This document shows positions 52,307 to 62,121 of a stretch of DNA of 64,000 nucleotides, one piece after another. The position numbers and the translations under genes are program-made. Origin of the DNA: Polyangiales bacterium (GTDB lineage: Bacteria; Myxococcota_A; Polyangia; Polyangiales; JAWKRM01); NCBI GenBank assembly GCA_041389625.1, contig JAWKRM010000020.1:14930-78929 (forward strand), given 5' to 3'. The notes below the pieces were generated by a model that saw only the letters and a program-made list of their open reading frames with translations, was not told the origin of the DNA and searched no databases. Positions within the stretch are counted from its first letter, which is position 1; every line of letters starts with the position of its first letter.

Positions 52307-53161
52307 CTAGAGCGAATCGCGAAGCGGCGAGCGGAGGGCCGCGGTGCGGCGGTCGGCGCCCGGGGGTGAACCCGGATACCAAGCGTGGAACGGCGCGCGG
52401 TCGCGGCACTTGGGGCGGTCCGACGGCGAGCAGTAGATGCGCACGTGGAAGTGATTTCGGTGCGGGTGTCCACTCGCCGGCTGCACCAAGACTTCCTTGG
52501 CGCGCGTGAGGATGGCCGACGACGCACCGCGGCGTTCACCCTCCCGAAGGAGACGCTGCTTAAGCGTTTTCGCGACGAAGATGTACTGCACACGCGCATC
52601 GCCGTCCGTGACGAGCTTCTGCACGAGCTCCCAGTTCCTGGCATCGTCGAACTCGAGGCCCTGGCTCGGTGCGCGGCTCGTGCCGTTCGCATTGAAGTTC
52701 ACGAACGAGAACGTCTCCGCGGGTTTCTTGCCGCGCAGCATGTAGAAGGCAACGTCCACATCGCGGCCGTTCTCGTGGGAGTTGTGACCCGCGATGGTCC
52801 CCCCCCGCTCCTTCGAAAGCTCACCCACGGAGAGCTTCGCGCCGGGGATCCGCCGCGCTACGCGGTACGCAGCGCGCTCGAGGAGCTGCACGAGCTCCCA
52901 CGTGCCATAGAAGTGCCCACCGGCTTTGTACTCGCCCGTGTACCGAACGTAGGGGCTTTCGACGAGCTTCGTCGCGTTCCGGAGCCTGCCCTTCCAGGGG
53001 TATCCCTCCGACGTCGAACGCCTCGAAAGCACGCGGGCGCCCGGGCCGCGAAGGGACTCGCGCTCCGACTTCGACGAGCCCGCCTGGGGACCCGCCACGG
53101 CGAGCGACGCCATGCCGAGCACCGCCGCGAGCGTGAGGATCCATTCCGTGCCGCGCCGCAT
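52307..53161 (-). CDS. mepA: Penicillin-insensitive murein endopeptidase (peptidase M74, MepA-like)
   Basis: It has a signal peptide. The zinc and catalytic motifs are GHNSHENGRDVD and HRNHFHVRI. Confidence 0.75.
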   Translation of the reverse strand: MRRGTEWILTLAAVLGMASLAVAGPQAGSSKSERESLRGPGARVLSRRSTSEGYPWKGRLRNATKLVESPYVRYTGEYKAGGHFYGTWELVQLLERAAYRVARRIPGAKLSVGELSKERGGTIAGHNSHENGRDVDVAFYMLRGKKPAETFSFVNFNANGTSRAPSQGLEFDDARNWELVQKLVTDGDARVQYIFVAKTLKQRLLREGERRGASSAILTRAKEVLVQPASGHPHRNHFHVRIYCSPSDRPKCRDRAPFHAWYPGSPPGADRRTAALRSPLRDSL

Positions 53162-53248
53162 ACCTCGGGCCTATCGGTTCTCGGCCACGGGGATCAAATT
53201 TTTGGCACCCTTGCCCCCCCGAGCATCGTTGCTAGAGGAGCCCGCGAC

Positions 53249-54328
53249 ATGAAACTTCGATCGCCATTTCAAGGAGTTCTCGGCGTCGCGCTCGGCGTGG
53301 CGGCCGCAGCCTGCGGTTCCGCCACCACGCGAACGAGCGCGGTCGCCGGGTCGCCCTCCTCGAGCCCCACGGAGGCGGTGGATGCCGGAGCGGACGAACT
53401 CTTCGGCACGTGGCTCCTCCGCGCGCGGAAATCCGACGGCGAAACGCATCCAGTCGGTCGTTGTCTCATCGACGCGAACGGCCATGCACCGTCCGAACTC
53501 CGACCCGCACTCCAACCGGTTCCGTTGCCGCCGAAGGATCTCGACGCACAGCTCGCCTCGGACGAGCTTCTCCTCCTTTCGCCCTGGGGAACGTTGGGAA
53601 CGAAGAAAGCCCCCCGCGTGACCGTCCTCGCGACCGTCACGTTCGCTCCGCCCGTCGACGCGTCCGAGGCCGTGGTCGTCGCGTTCACCGATCGGGGCGT
53701 GCATGTCCGTGGGCTCGGCGCCCCCTCGACGCCCGTCGCCCTCGACGACCAGAGCGCGCGGATGCGGCTCGAATCGGGCTGGAAATCGCCGCAGTTGGTC
53801 ATCACCGCCGAGGCGGCGGTGCCGTGGAGCCGCATCCGTTCGTTCCTCGCCTCGGTGCCCGAGTCGCTCCGCACGGATGCAACGCTCGCCGTTGCGCTCC
53901 CCGAAGGCACCCGGATCAACGACGGAGTCGACAGCGCGCGGAACGCGACGCCCCGGTGCGACAATTGGCAGGAGCTCGACGACAACGGGTCCATCGACGT
54001 GGCCAACACGCAGCGCATCCTGGGCGAGCTATTCACCGAGGCGCAGAGTCGGTGCGGGCTCGAACTCGTCCGAGGCGGGCTGTCGACACTCCGCGTGGAA
54101 GTCACCGCGCGCGTAAACGGCGCCGGCGAGGTGATCGCGGTGTGCGATGCGAGCCCCCCATCCAATCCCTCGACGGGCGCGAACGAGTGCCTCGTCGATG
54201 AGGTCAAGCGCGTCGTGCTTCCCCGAAACGGCGACACCCGCCCCGTGGATTTGCGCATCCCGGTCACATTGAACGCGAACGCACCGCCCAAGACCCCGGC
54301 GGTGTGTGAGACGTCCGAACCCGAATGA
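53249..54328 (+). CDS. Hypothetical lipoprotein
   Basis: The ATG at 53249 gives MKLRSPFQGVLGVALGVAAAAC (lipobox). I recognised no motif. Its stop overlaps the next start (ATGA). Confidence 0.55.
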   Translation: MKLRSPFQGVLGVALGVAAAACGSATTRTSAVAGSPSSSPTEAVDAGADELFGTWLLRARKSDGETHPVGRCLIDANGHAPSELRPALQPVPLPPKDLDAQLASDELLLLSPWGTLGTKKAPRVTVLATVTFAPPVDASEAVVVAFTDRGVHVRGLGAPSTPVALDDQSARMRLESGWKSPQLVITAEAAVPWSRIRSFLASVPESLRTDATLAVALPEGTRINDGVDSARNATPRCDNWQELDDNGSIDVANTQRILGELFTEAQSRCGLELVRGGLSTLRVEVTARVNGAGEVIAVCDASPPSNPSTGANECLVDEVKRVVLPRNGDTRPVDLRIPVTLNANAPPKTPAVCETSEPE

Positions 54329-55020
54329 CAAAACCCACGCGCGGAAACCGCTGGTTCCTCGTCGCGAGCCTCGCCGTCCCAGCGATCCTCTACGCGGTGC
54401 CGCACGGCCGACTCATCGCCTACCCGCTCGTGCTCCTTTCCACGCTGGTGCATGAACTCGGGCACGGCGTCACGGCGGTCCTCGTGGGCGGCCACTTCCA
54501 CCGCTTCTTCCTCTACGCCGATGCCTCCGGCATGGCCCAGGTCAGCGTCGGCGGAAGGCTGGCAAGCGCAATGGTCGCCGCCGGCGGGCTGGTGGGTCCA
54601 GCATGCGCAGCTGCGGTGGGCTTCTGGGTCAGCACGAATCCCAAGCGCTCGCGCATCGCGCTCGGCGTGGTCGCGGTGGTGCTCGCGACGATCGTGGTGC
54701 TCTACGTTCGAAATCTGTTCGGCGTCATGTTCGTCTCCGCGTGCTCGTTCGTCGCCGCGGTCATCGCGTTTCGCGCACGCCCCGTGGTCGCGGAGCTGGC
54801 CGTCGTGTTTGTGTCGGTGCAGCTCGCGCTGAGCGTGTTCTCCCGCGGGGACTACCTATTCACCCCCGTCGCGCGCACCGATCAGGGCGTCTCCCCCTCG
54901 GATGTGGCGAACATGGCGACGGCCCTCTGGCTCCCGTACTGGTTTTGGGGCGCGCTCTGCGCTGCCTTCTCGGTCACGGTGCTCGCACTCGGGCTCCGCC
55001 GCTTTCTCCGTGCGCGGTAG
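54325..55020 (+). CDS. Integral-membrane M50B-like metallopeptidase family protein
   Basis: It has multiple TM segments. HELGH sits within the second TM (LLSTLVHELGHGVTAVLVGG), as in the Peptidase_M50B family. Confidence 0.65.
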   Translation: MTKPTRGNRWFLVASLAVPAILYAVPHGRLIAYPLVLLSTLVHELGHGVTAVLVGGHFHRFFLYADASGMAQVSVGGRLASAMVAAGGLVGPACAAAVGFWVSTNPKRSRIALGVVAVVLATIVVLYVRNLFGVMFVSACSFVAAVIAFRARPVVAELAVVFVSVQLALSVFSRGDYLFTPVARTDQGVSPSDVANMATALWLPYWFWGALCAAFSVTVLALGLRRFLRAR

Positions 55021-55046
55021 CGACGGTGCAAGGGACCGTGGCCGCC

Positions 55047-56726
55047 CTACGGTTCCAGCTTGAGCTGGAAGTCATCGCCGAGGCCCCCCGTGGCGCCGGA
55101 CCCGGAGCCGCCCCCCTGAAGGCGGAGCCCCCCACCCGTGTCGCCGCCAAGGAGCGACGAACCCTGACCCAGCTTGAACTCCTCACCGTTCGCCTCGGGC
55201 AGCGCCGCTACACCTTCGGGGGATTCGGCCCCCGACGGGGCGGCGACTTCCGAGGGGCCACTGTCCTCGAGGGCCGTCGGCCCGAGGAGCTGCTCGATGG
55301 TCTGCTTCATGACGTCGCGTTGTGCGGCGGGCACCGCATCGAGTACCCGCTTCGCCTCCACGCGCATCTCGTCGTAGCGCCCCGCGGCACGAAGTACCCA
55401 CGCCGCCTTGAGCCGCACCTGCCAGTTGTGCCGCGCGGTGGCGAGCGCCTTGTCGGCGAACTTGGCAGCCAGTTCCATATCGCCCTGAAGCATGTGGTAG
55501 TCGGCCCAAAGGAGCGGCAACGACGGCAAGTCCGAATCCGCCGCTTCCGCCGCCTCGATTTCAGATTTCGCTCCGCTCGAATCACGACCGGCAAGGCGAA
55601 TCTGCGCGAGGAGCGCATGCGCTTCGCCGAAGTCTGGATGGTCGCGAAGGGCCTCGGCGATGTGCTTGTTCGCGCCATCGAGGTCCTGCCGCGCGAGGGC
55701 AATCTGTGCAAGGAACAACTGACGCGGCGGGTCGAGACGAATGGAGCTCGCCGCCTCGAACTCGCGGAGTGCCTCGGGGCCACCACCACTAAACGAAAGC
55801 ACCGACGCGTGGACGCCCCGCGCGTTGGGCGAGAGGGGGTCGAGGGCGACGGCCTTCTCCGAAAGCGCGAGTGCTTCGCTCGTCTTGCCCTCGACGGCGT
55901 AGGCGTGCACCGCACGGTGATTCAGCACCGCGCCGAGGGCCTGGATGTCCGTGAGCACGCGACTCTCGGCAACCGATTTCGGCTCGCGGCCGGCGTATGG
56001 ATCGAAGATGTCGTATTCGTCGCCACCCGGCTTCGTCGGAACGGCAACCCCGTAGTACCCAAATTTCCCGGAAGGATCCGGTGGCGCGGTCTCGGCCTCG
56101 AAGCGGATAACCTCCGCGAGCATGGCGGGCACGTCCTCGGCCCGGAGCGCGACCACCGCGGCGAGCGCCACCTCGAGCGGGAAGAGGTGCGCCCGGCCCC
56201 CGTCCTTGGCAAGCAGCGGAAACACCGCGCTCGGGGCACGAACCGCAGGCTCCCGCGGCGTGGAAGGCGACCACGGAACGAAGGCCTGCTTCGAGGCGCG
56301 CGCTCGAATGGCGGCCACGAGTGACTTCGTCTTGGACGCGGACGAATCGCCCTTCGCGTGGTCCGAAGCGAAGTCGCTCGTCGCGCCCGATGCGTCGAAG
56401 AACGTTGGCAGCGTCGCATCCGACACGCCCTCCTTCGCCAAGAACCCGAGCACCTCACCCGAGCGCAACGGCCGCTTCTCAGGCTCCCCGTTCACCGCTT
56501 CGGGTGCGTTCCGAAACCAAAGCGCATACGCCCCCGCGAACGCGACAGCCGCGAGCACGAGACCGCCGACGAACAACGTCCGCTGGGGCGGGCGCTTCGA
56601 TGCCTGCGTGCCGCCGGCGCCCTTCATTTCTTCAAGGCTGCTTACGCGCATGCATGACGGGCAACGCGGGCGATCCGGGCCGTCATGTACGAAGGATTTG
56701 TCACACTGAACGCAGAGGTACTTCAT
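55047..56726 (-). CDS. Zinc-ribbon / single-TM / TPR protein (possibly a SirB1-like transglutaminase-fold plus TPR module)
   Basis: The N-terminal motif is CVQC..(13)..CPSC and the TM is LFVGGLVLAAVAFAGAYALWF. TPR-like repeats fill the C-terminal half, and the protein ends in a Gly-rich tail. Confidence 0.55.
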   Translation of the reverse strand: MKYLCVQCDKSFVHDGPDRPRCPSCMRVSSLEEMKGAGGTQASKRPPQRTLFVGGLVLAAVAFAGAYALWFRNAPEAVNGEPEKRPLRSGEVLGFLAKEGVSDATLPTFFDASGATSDFASDHAKGDSSASKTKSLVAAIRARASKQAFVPWSPSTPREPAVRAPSAVFPLLAKDGGRAHLFPLEVALAAVVALRAEDVPAMLAEVIRFEAETAPPDPSGKFGYYGVAVPTKPGGDEYDIFDPYAGREPKSVAESRVLTDIQALGAVLNHRAVHAYAVEGKTSEALALSEKAVALDPLSPNARGVHASVLSFSGGGPEALREFEAASSIRLDPPRQLFLAQIALARQDLDGANKHIAEALRDHPDFGEAHALLAQIRLAGRDSSGAKSEIEAAEAADSDLPSLPLLWADYHMLQGDMELAAKFADKALATARHNWQVRLKAAWVLRAAGRYDEMRVEAKRVLDAVPAAQRDVMKQTIEQLLGPTALEDSGPSEVAAPSGAESPEGVAALPEANGEEFKLGQGSSLLGGDTGGGLRLQGGGSGSGATGGLGDDFQLKLEP

Positions 56727-56765
56727 GGAAATGAACTCGTGTGCGGCGGGTGGGCGTGCGGCGCC

Positions 56766-57377
56766 CTACTCTTCAAGCGCCCGAAGATGGGCTTCGACGA
56801 ACTGGAGCCGATCGTTACCCCAGAACATCCGATCGCCAATGAAAAACGTGGGTGCACCAAATGCCCCGCGTTCGACGGCTTCTTCGGTCTCGCGACGGAG
56901 TGCGTCCTTGATTTCCGGGTTGTCGAGCGACGCCAAGATGGCCGGCGCGTCGAGCCCCGCATGGGCCGCCACGTCGCCGAGGACCGCCGCATCGGACACG
57001 TCGCGGCCCTCGACCCAATACGCACGGAAGAGGCCGAGGGCGAACCGGCGCACGCTATCCTCTCCGATCCGCGCCGCGGCCGTCAGCGCACGCTGCGCCT
57101 TGAGCGTGTTCGGCGGAAACGACGCGGGGAAGTTCAGTTCCACGCCGTACTCCTTCGCCCACGTTTGAAGGTCGGCGAGCATGTACTTCGCCTTGGCGGG
57201 GACGCGCGCGGGCATGTCGTTCCCCGCGGCCTTGAACACGCCGCCCACGAGGAACGGGCGCCAGCGCACCTTCGCGCTCGAGAACCCTTCGAGGGTATGG
57301 AGCTGAGTCGCGGCGAGGTAGCTGTAGGGCGACCCCACATCGAAGAAGAACTCCACAACGGGCTCGGCGTTTGTCAT
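56766..57377 (-). CDS. DsbA-family 2-hydroxychromene-2-carboxylate isomerase-like protein
   Basis: The 203-aa product carries VEFFFDVGSPYSYLA (the SPYS variant of the thioredoxin motif) and GAFGAPTFFIGDRMFWGNDRL. I chose the ATG at 57377. Confidence 0.75.
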   Translation of the reverse strand: MTNAEPVVEFFFDVGSPYSYLAATQLHTLEGFSSAKVRWRPFLVGGVFKAAGNDMPARVPAKAKYMLADLQTWAKEYGVELNFPASFPPNTLKAQRALTAAARIGEDSVRRFALGLFRAYWVEGRDVSDAAVLGDVAAHAGLDAPAILASLDNPEIKDALRRETEEAVERGAFGAPTFFIGDRMFWGNDRLQFVEAHLRALEE

Positions 57378-57447
57378 GGGCGGCGAGTGTAGCCGCCGCG
57401 TGGAGTGCTTGCGAGCGACGCAATTCCCTGGCAATCCCAGGTATTCG

Positions 57448-57771
57448 ATGGCGCCCGCCCACGACGAACTCGACTGTCTCACTTGCGGAGCGTGCTGTCG
57501 CACCGGGCACGACGGTCGCATTCTGATCCCCGCCGAGGACCTCGTTCGCTGGCGGCGCATCGGCCGCGAGGACGTGGCCAATGCGGTGCAGCCTGGCCAC
57601 TTCGGCCTCGTGGCGTTCGCGACGGATCCGGACGGCGCATGCGTTCACCTCGGCACCGAGGCCAGCCCGCACGCGTGTCAGATCTACGAAATTCGCGGGA
57701 CTACGTGCCGAGATTTCGAACGCGGCAGCGCGCAGTGCCGCGAGTTTCGCCGCGACGTGGGGCTCGAGTAG
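57448..57771 (+). CDS. YkgJ-family (UPF0153) Cys-cluster protein
   Basis: It has CLTCGACCR, with further Cys residues at ..GACVHL.., ..HACQIY.. and ..TTCRDF... Confidence 0.65.
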   Translation: MAPAHDELDCLTCGACCRTGHDGRILIPAEDLVRWRRIGREDVANAVQPGHFGLVAFATDPDGACVHLGTEASPHACQIYEIRGTTCRDFERGSAQCREFRRDVGLE

Positions 57772-57795
57772 CCGCGGGCGCCGGGCGCCGCACGG

Positions 57796-58263
57796 TCAGC
57801 GAACGTCGAACGCACGCAACCGAAGGCCGGATGCGCGCTCGGTCGCCCCCCGTACCTGCACGGTCCAGACACCCGCGATGACCTCCGACGGGTCAAAGCC
57901 AGCGATGCGACGCGACGTTTCGAATCGGGGAGGCGCCGCAGAGCCCGACCAGAGCACCACCTCCGCACCCGTGGGACTCACGACGCTGATCTCGGAGATG
58001 GAGCGAGGGATGTCTTCGAGGGTCACGTCGAGGGCGACGCTCCCTTGGTACGGCTCGCCCGGCGTGGCCACCACCTCGCCCACGGTCATCGCGACCACGT
58101 CGTTCTCAGGGTCCGACGAGACAACGTTCGTGGACGGCAGCCAGCCGTGCGCCTGTGCCACGGTCGCCACCGTGAGCAACAGGAGCATCACGAACGGCGT
58201 GGCGTTTCGGTGGGCAGCGAACGCGGAATCCAGCGCAGGGGTCATTCCCTCCGTGTAGGACAA
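57796..58263 (-). CDS. Small secreted protein with a proprotein-convertase P-domain-like pattern
   Basis: The signal peptide is FVMLLLLTVATVAQA. The segment ..ISEISVVSPTGAEVVLWSG...GVWTVQVRGATERASGLRLRAFDV follows the DL.I.L.SP.G....L ... G.W.L.V.D...G.L..W.L pattern. The start codon is uncertain. Confidence 0.4.
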   Translation of the reverse strand: MSYTEGMTPALDSAFAAHRNATPFVMLLLLTVATVAQAHGWLPSTNVVSSDPENDVVAMTVGEVVATPGEPYQGSVALDVTLEDIPRSISEISVVSPTGAEVVLWSGSAAPPRFETSRRIAGFDPSEVIAGVWTVQVRGATERASGLRLRAFDVR

Positions 58264-58380
58264 ATCGCATTCGTGAGGCCAGCCACAACCCGCAACGCCA
58301 CGGAAGTGTCACCGCTTCGAGCAAAGATCGCCCTGTGTGCGGCAAGGCCGCGCGTTGCCGTCACCGATCCGTGACGCGGG

Positions 58381-61300
58381 CTAGGAGAACAGCGCGTCCA
58401 CGTCGGCCTTCGTGAGGCCCTTGAGCGGACTGCCATCCGTGTTGAGCACGCTCTGCATGAGCTCGCGCTTCTTCTCGGAGAGCTGAAGGATTTTCTCCTC
58501 CACCGTGCCCTTGGCGATGAGGCGGTAGACGGTAACGGTCTTCGTTTGCCCGATGCGGTGCGCGCGATCGGTGGCCTGGTCTTCCACGGCCGGATTCCAC
58601 CACGGGTCGAAGTGCACGACCGTGTCGGCGCCCACGAGGTTCAGACCCGTACCGCCCGCCTTGAGCGAGATGAGGAACGCGCCCACGGACTCGTCCTTGT
58701 TGAAACGGTCGACACGTTCGATGCGGTCCTTCGTGGAACCATCGAGGTACTCGTACGTGATGCCGTCCTTGTCGAAGGCTTCGCGGATGATCTTGAGCAT
58801 CTCGACGAACTGGCTGAACACGATCACGCGGTGACCGCCGGAAACGGCCTCTTGCATGATCTCGCGTAGCGCGCCGAGCTTGCCGCTCGTGTCGTCGTTC
58901 CACTCTCCCTGGAGCTTCATGAGGCGCGGATCGCAGGCGACCTGACGCAGACGCGTGAGCGCCGCGAGGATCTGAATCTGCGCCTTGGCGATGCCCGCCT
59001 TGTCGATTTCGCTCAGGAGGCTCTTTCGAACCTCGCCGAGGATCTGCTGGTAGAGCGTGACCTGCTCGTCGGCGAGCGGGACGACCATCTCCTGCTCGAT
59101 CTTCGGCGGAAGTTCCGGCGCCACATCGCGCTTGGTACGACGAAGCACGAAGGGCTTGATGGTGTTTCGGAGTTTTTCCGCCGTCGCCACGTCGCCGCGG
59201 TCGATGGGCCGCGCCACCTTCTCTTCGAAGGTTCGCAGGTCACCGAGGAGCCCCGGCGAAACGAAGTCGAGGATCGACCAGAACTCGCTCAAGCGGTTCT
59301 CGATGGGCGTGCCCGTGAGCGCGAGGCGGCGTTCGGGCTTGAGGGCCTTGGCTGCCTTCGCGGTGGCGCTCATGGGGTTCTTGATGTGCTGGGCCTCGTC
59401 GAGGATGACGTAGCCAAGCTTTTGTGTGCTCAGGAACTCCTCGTCACGGCGAAGGAGTGCATAGGACGTGATGACCACGTCGACGTCCTGGAACTCGTCC
59501 TTCTTGTCGTGGCGACGCTGCCCCTGCCAGATGAGCGTGCGCAGGCTCGGCGCGAATTTCTCGATCTCACGCTGCCAATTCGGCACCACGGACGTGGGCG
59601 CGACCACGAGGTGCGGCAGGTCCTTGCTCATGTTCTGCTTGGCCCAGAGCAGGAGCGATATGGTCTGGAGCGTTTTGCCGAGACCCATGTCGTCCGCAAG
59701 GATGCCGCCGCTCGCAAGGTTGTGAATGAAGACGAGCCACGCAAATCCGCGCTTCTGGTAGTCGCGAAGCGACGCCTTGAGGTTCCTGGGCTTGGGAACG
59801 CTGTCGATTTCCTCGACGTCGTCGAGTTTGTCGAAAAGGGTCTTGGCCTTTGCCGTCACCTTGGAGGCATCGACAAGCTTGACGAGGTCCTGCACGCGGC
59901 CCGCCTGCGAGAGCGGAAGCTTCTCCACACCGCCGCTCGACGACTCGATCTCGGCGAGGCGCGCTAGGATCTCCCCCACCTGCTCCTTCTTCACGGGCGC
60001 ATAGGTGCCGTCCGAAAGCTTGACCACATGCCGTCCCTTTTCGAGGCACGCACGCAGGTCCGCCGCATCGACGGCCACGCCGCCCGACGAGAACACCATG
60101 TCGAGGCTCAACCAGTCGACGCCGCTTGCGACGCGCATTTGGGGCGTGACGTTCTCGCCGCGCACCTTCACGTCCACCAGGTCGTCGGGAATGAAACGCT
60201 CCCACTCCGCCGGGAGCTCGCCCATGCCCTGGGTCCAGAATCGAATGGCGTTCTCGCCCGTGGCGACCACCTCTTCGCCCGATTCGTCGGGCTCAAAGCC
60301 CTGGCTCAAGAGCTGCTGAATGGCGGCCATCTCGCCGCCCACATCGCGGCGAACCACGCGCGGGCGACCACCCTGCGAAAGCGGCGGCAGGAACGCGAGC
60401 GGCGACGGGAACCCACGCGACGGCACCGGGAACTCTTCGCCCCCGTACTTCACGACGATGCGCACGTGCGCGTCGACGATGTCGCCCTGGCCCTTGAGCG
60501 TGAAACTCGGTTGCGCGTCCACGAGGTCCGCCACCGACGCGAGGTCCGGCAGATCGGCGCCGAGGGAGGCGGCCACACGCGGCACGAAATCCGAAAGGAT
60601 GTACGGCAAATCCGAAATCGGATGGACGAGCGACGGTGAGCGATAGAGCCGCTGAAGCCACGCGGGCGTCACCGTCTCGGCGAGCGGTCGGGCAACACCC
60701 TCCATGGTGTCGATATGCCAACCCGGCGTGCCTTCAAACCAGGCGCCGTTCGACAGGGAGAAGCGCCGCGTCCCGGAGGGGATCTCAAAGACCACGCGAA
60801 CACGTGCCGTGGAGTCGCCGCTCGCATCGAGCTCGATGCGCGGGCGAAGGCGCTCCTCGCTGAAACGAAGTTCCATGGACGCGGGCTCGAGGAGCACGCG
60901 CCGGCCCTTGAGCATTCCGAGCAGCTCCGCCGCGTCCTCGCCACGGAGTTCCGCCGTGGAGGGTTTGCCTCGGTTCACGTTCCGCGCGAGCGCGCGGAGG
61001 AGCGGGCGGTCCTGTGCGGACACCGCGCCGAAGGTGGAGAGGGCGTCCGGAATCGGCACCGCCGACCGCGAGCCTGCGAGCACCGGCGTGACCGTGATGG
61101 CCGCGGAACGAACCTGGAGCCGGTACTCAAACTCGTAGGGGCGCTGCTGCGATGCGGAAGGCAACCATGTGTCGAGGGCACTGCGTGCCTCCTGCATGGG
61201 CGACTGGACCGGCGTCGAATAGTCGCGCGTGATGACAACGTCGTACGCGCCGCCAACCTCGCCGCGACGGCCGCGACGCCGCGAACGACGCCGCTTTCCG

Positions 61301-62121
61301 CCCACGGACACCGTCTGCGGCACGTGGAAAAGCGAGCTCCCGGCCGCCGCCTGCGCGCCCGCGCCATTGCCGCCCGGAGCCGAGGGGCCCTTCGGGCGCG
61401 GCGGCCTCTCGCGATCGCGGAGTGCCACCAGGAGTGCGGCGACATGCTTGCAGTGGCCCGTCGGACCGCGCCAGCCCTGGCAGTTGCACTCGGAGACCAC
61501 CTTGCTGTCGCCATCGAGCGAGACCTTCATCAGGTAGGGCTCCTCGATGTTCTTCACGCTGATGCGAGCGTTGGCCCCGCCGTCATCGAGGGCGAGGTCT
61601 TCGACGGCGCCTCGGCGCGCATAGATACGCCCCCGAAGGAAGGCGTTCCCGCCGGTGATTCGCTGGATGGCGCGATCGGAGAGGTTCGTCGCGAAGGCCC
61701 GAATGGGCGACTTCGACTCGATGGGCTGGTAGCGGGGGTCGTTCGGGTCGATGTCGTCGCCCTCGTCCCCGTCTTCATCCCCGCCGTCATCCGCATCGGA
61801 TGCGTCGGCGCCTTCCGCGGCGAAGCCGGTCCCGGTTGGGTCATCGGCGCCCGCGTCGTCGTACTCGCGATCTCCGACGGCTTCGGGAAACTCGCTATCC
61901 CGATCCTCCGCGCGTGCCTCGAAATCATCGTCGTCGGACAGCAGCGGCGGAACACTGTCGCCGAGGTCCTGATCGCGCGCGCTTGTCTTCCGCGATCGGG
62001 ACTTCGCACTCGGTCGTTTCGCCTTGCCGCGACTGCCCCCTTTCGGAGACTTCTTCTTGAGATCGGCCGCGGTTGGAGCTTCCGTGAGCTCCGAGGGATC
62101 GAATAGCGGGCTTTCTGCCAT
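58381..62121 (-). CDS. SWIM zinc-finger / SNF2-family helicase (1,246 aa)
   Basis: The SWIM motif is CNCQGWRGPTGHCKH (nt ~61447-61488). The SNF2_N motifs are LADDMGLGKTLQ and ILDEAQHIKN. The helicase-C motifs are LKAGGTGLNL and WWNPAVEDQATDRAHRIGQ. The N-terminal ~130 aa are basic then strongly acidic. Confidence 0.88.
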   Translation of the reverse strand: MAESPLFDPSELTEAPTAADLKKKSPKGGSRGKAKRPSAKSRSRKTSARDQDLGDSVPPLLSDDDDFEARAEDRDSEFPEAVGDREYDDAGADDPTGTGFAAEGADASDADDGGDEDGDEGDDIDPNDPRYQPIESKSPIRAFATNLSDRAIQRITGGNAFLRGRIYARRGAVEDLALDDGGANARISVKNIEEPYLMKVSLDGDSKVVSECNCQGWRGPTGHCKHVAALLVALRDRERPPRPKGPSAPGGNGAGAQAAAGSSLFHVPQTVSVGGKRRRSRRRGRRGEVGGAYDVVITRDYSTPVQSPMQEARSALDTWLPSASQQRPYEFEYRLQVRSAAITVTPVLAGSRSAVPIPDALSTFGAVSAQDRPLLRALARNVNRGKPSTAELRGEDAAELLGMLKGRRVLLEPASMELRFSEERLRPRIELDASGDSTARVRVVFEIPSGTRRFSLSNGAWFEGTPGWHIDTMEGVARPLAETVTPAWLQRLYRSPSLVHPISDLPYILSDFVPRVAASLGADLPDLASVADLVDAQPSFTLKGQGDIVDAHVRIVVKYGGEEFPVPSRGFPSPLAFLPPLSQGGRPRVVRRDVGGEMAAIQQLLSQGFEPDESGEEVVATGENAIRFWTQGMGELPAEWERFIPDDLVDVKVRGENVTPQMRVASGVDWLSLDMVFSSGGVAVDAADLRACLEKGRHVVKLSDGTYAPVKKEQVGEILARLAEIESSSGGVEKLPLSQAGRVQDLVKLVDASKVTAKAKTLFDKLDDVEEIDSVPKPRNLKASLRDYQKRGFAWLVFIHNLASGGILADDMGLGKTLQTISLLLWAKQNMSKDLPHLVVAPTSVVPNWQREIEKFAPSLRTLIWQGQRRHDKKDEFQDVDVVITSYALLRRDEEFLSTQKLGYVILDEAQHIKNPMSATAKAAKALKPERRLALTGTPIENRLSEFWSILDFVSPGLLGDLRTFEEKVARPIDRGDVATAEKLRNTIKPFVLRRTKRDVAPELPPKIEQEMVVPLADEQVTLYQQILGEVRKSLLSEIDKAGIAKAQIQILAALTRLRQVACDPRLMKLQGEWNDDTSGKLGALREIMQEAVSGGHRVIVFSQFVEMLKIIREAFDKDGITYEYLDGSTKDRIERVDRFNKDESVGAFLISLKAGGTGLNLVGADTVVHFDPWWNPAVEDQATDRAHRIGQTKTVTVYRLIAKGTVEEKILQLSEKKRELMQSVLNTDGSPLKGLTKADVDALFS

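Noticed and set aside
58381-62121. The SNF2 helicase could be the core of a DISARM/BREX-like or other anti-phage system.
   Set aside because: No methyltransferase, PLD nuclease, DUF1998, helicase partner or other defence-associated gene is adjacent on either side. The flanks are ordinary metabolic or RNA-modification genes.
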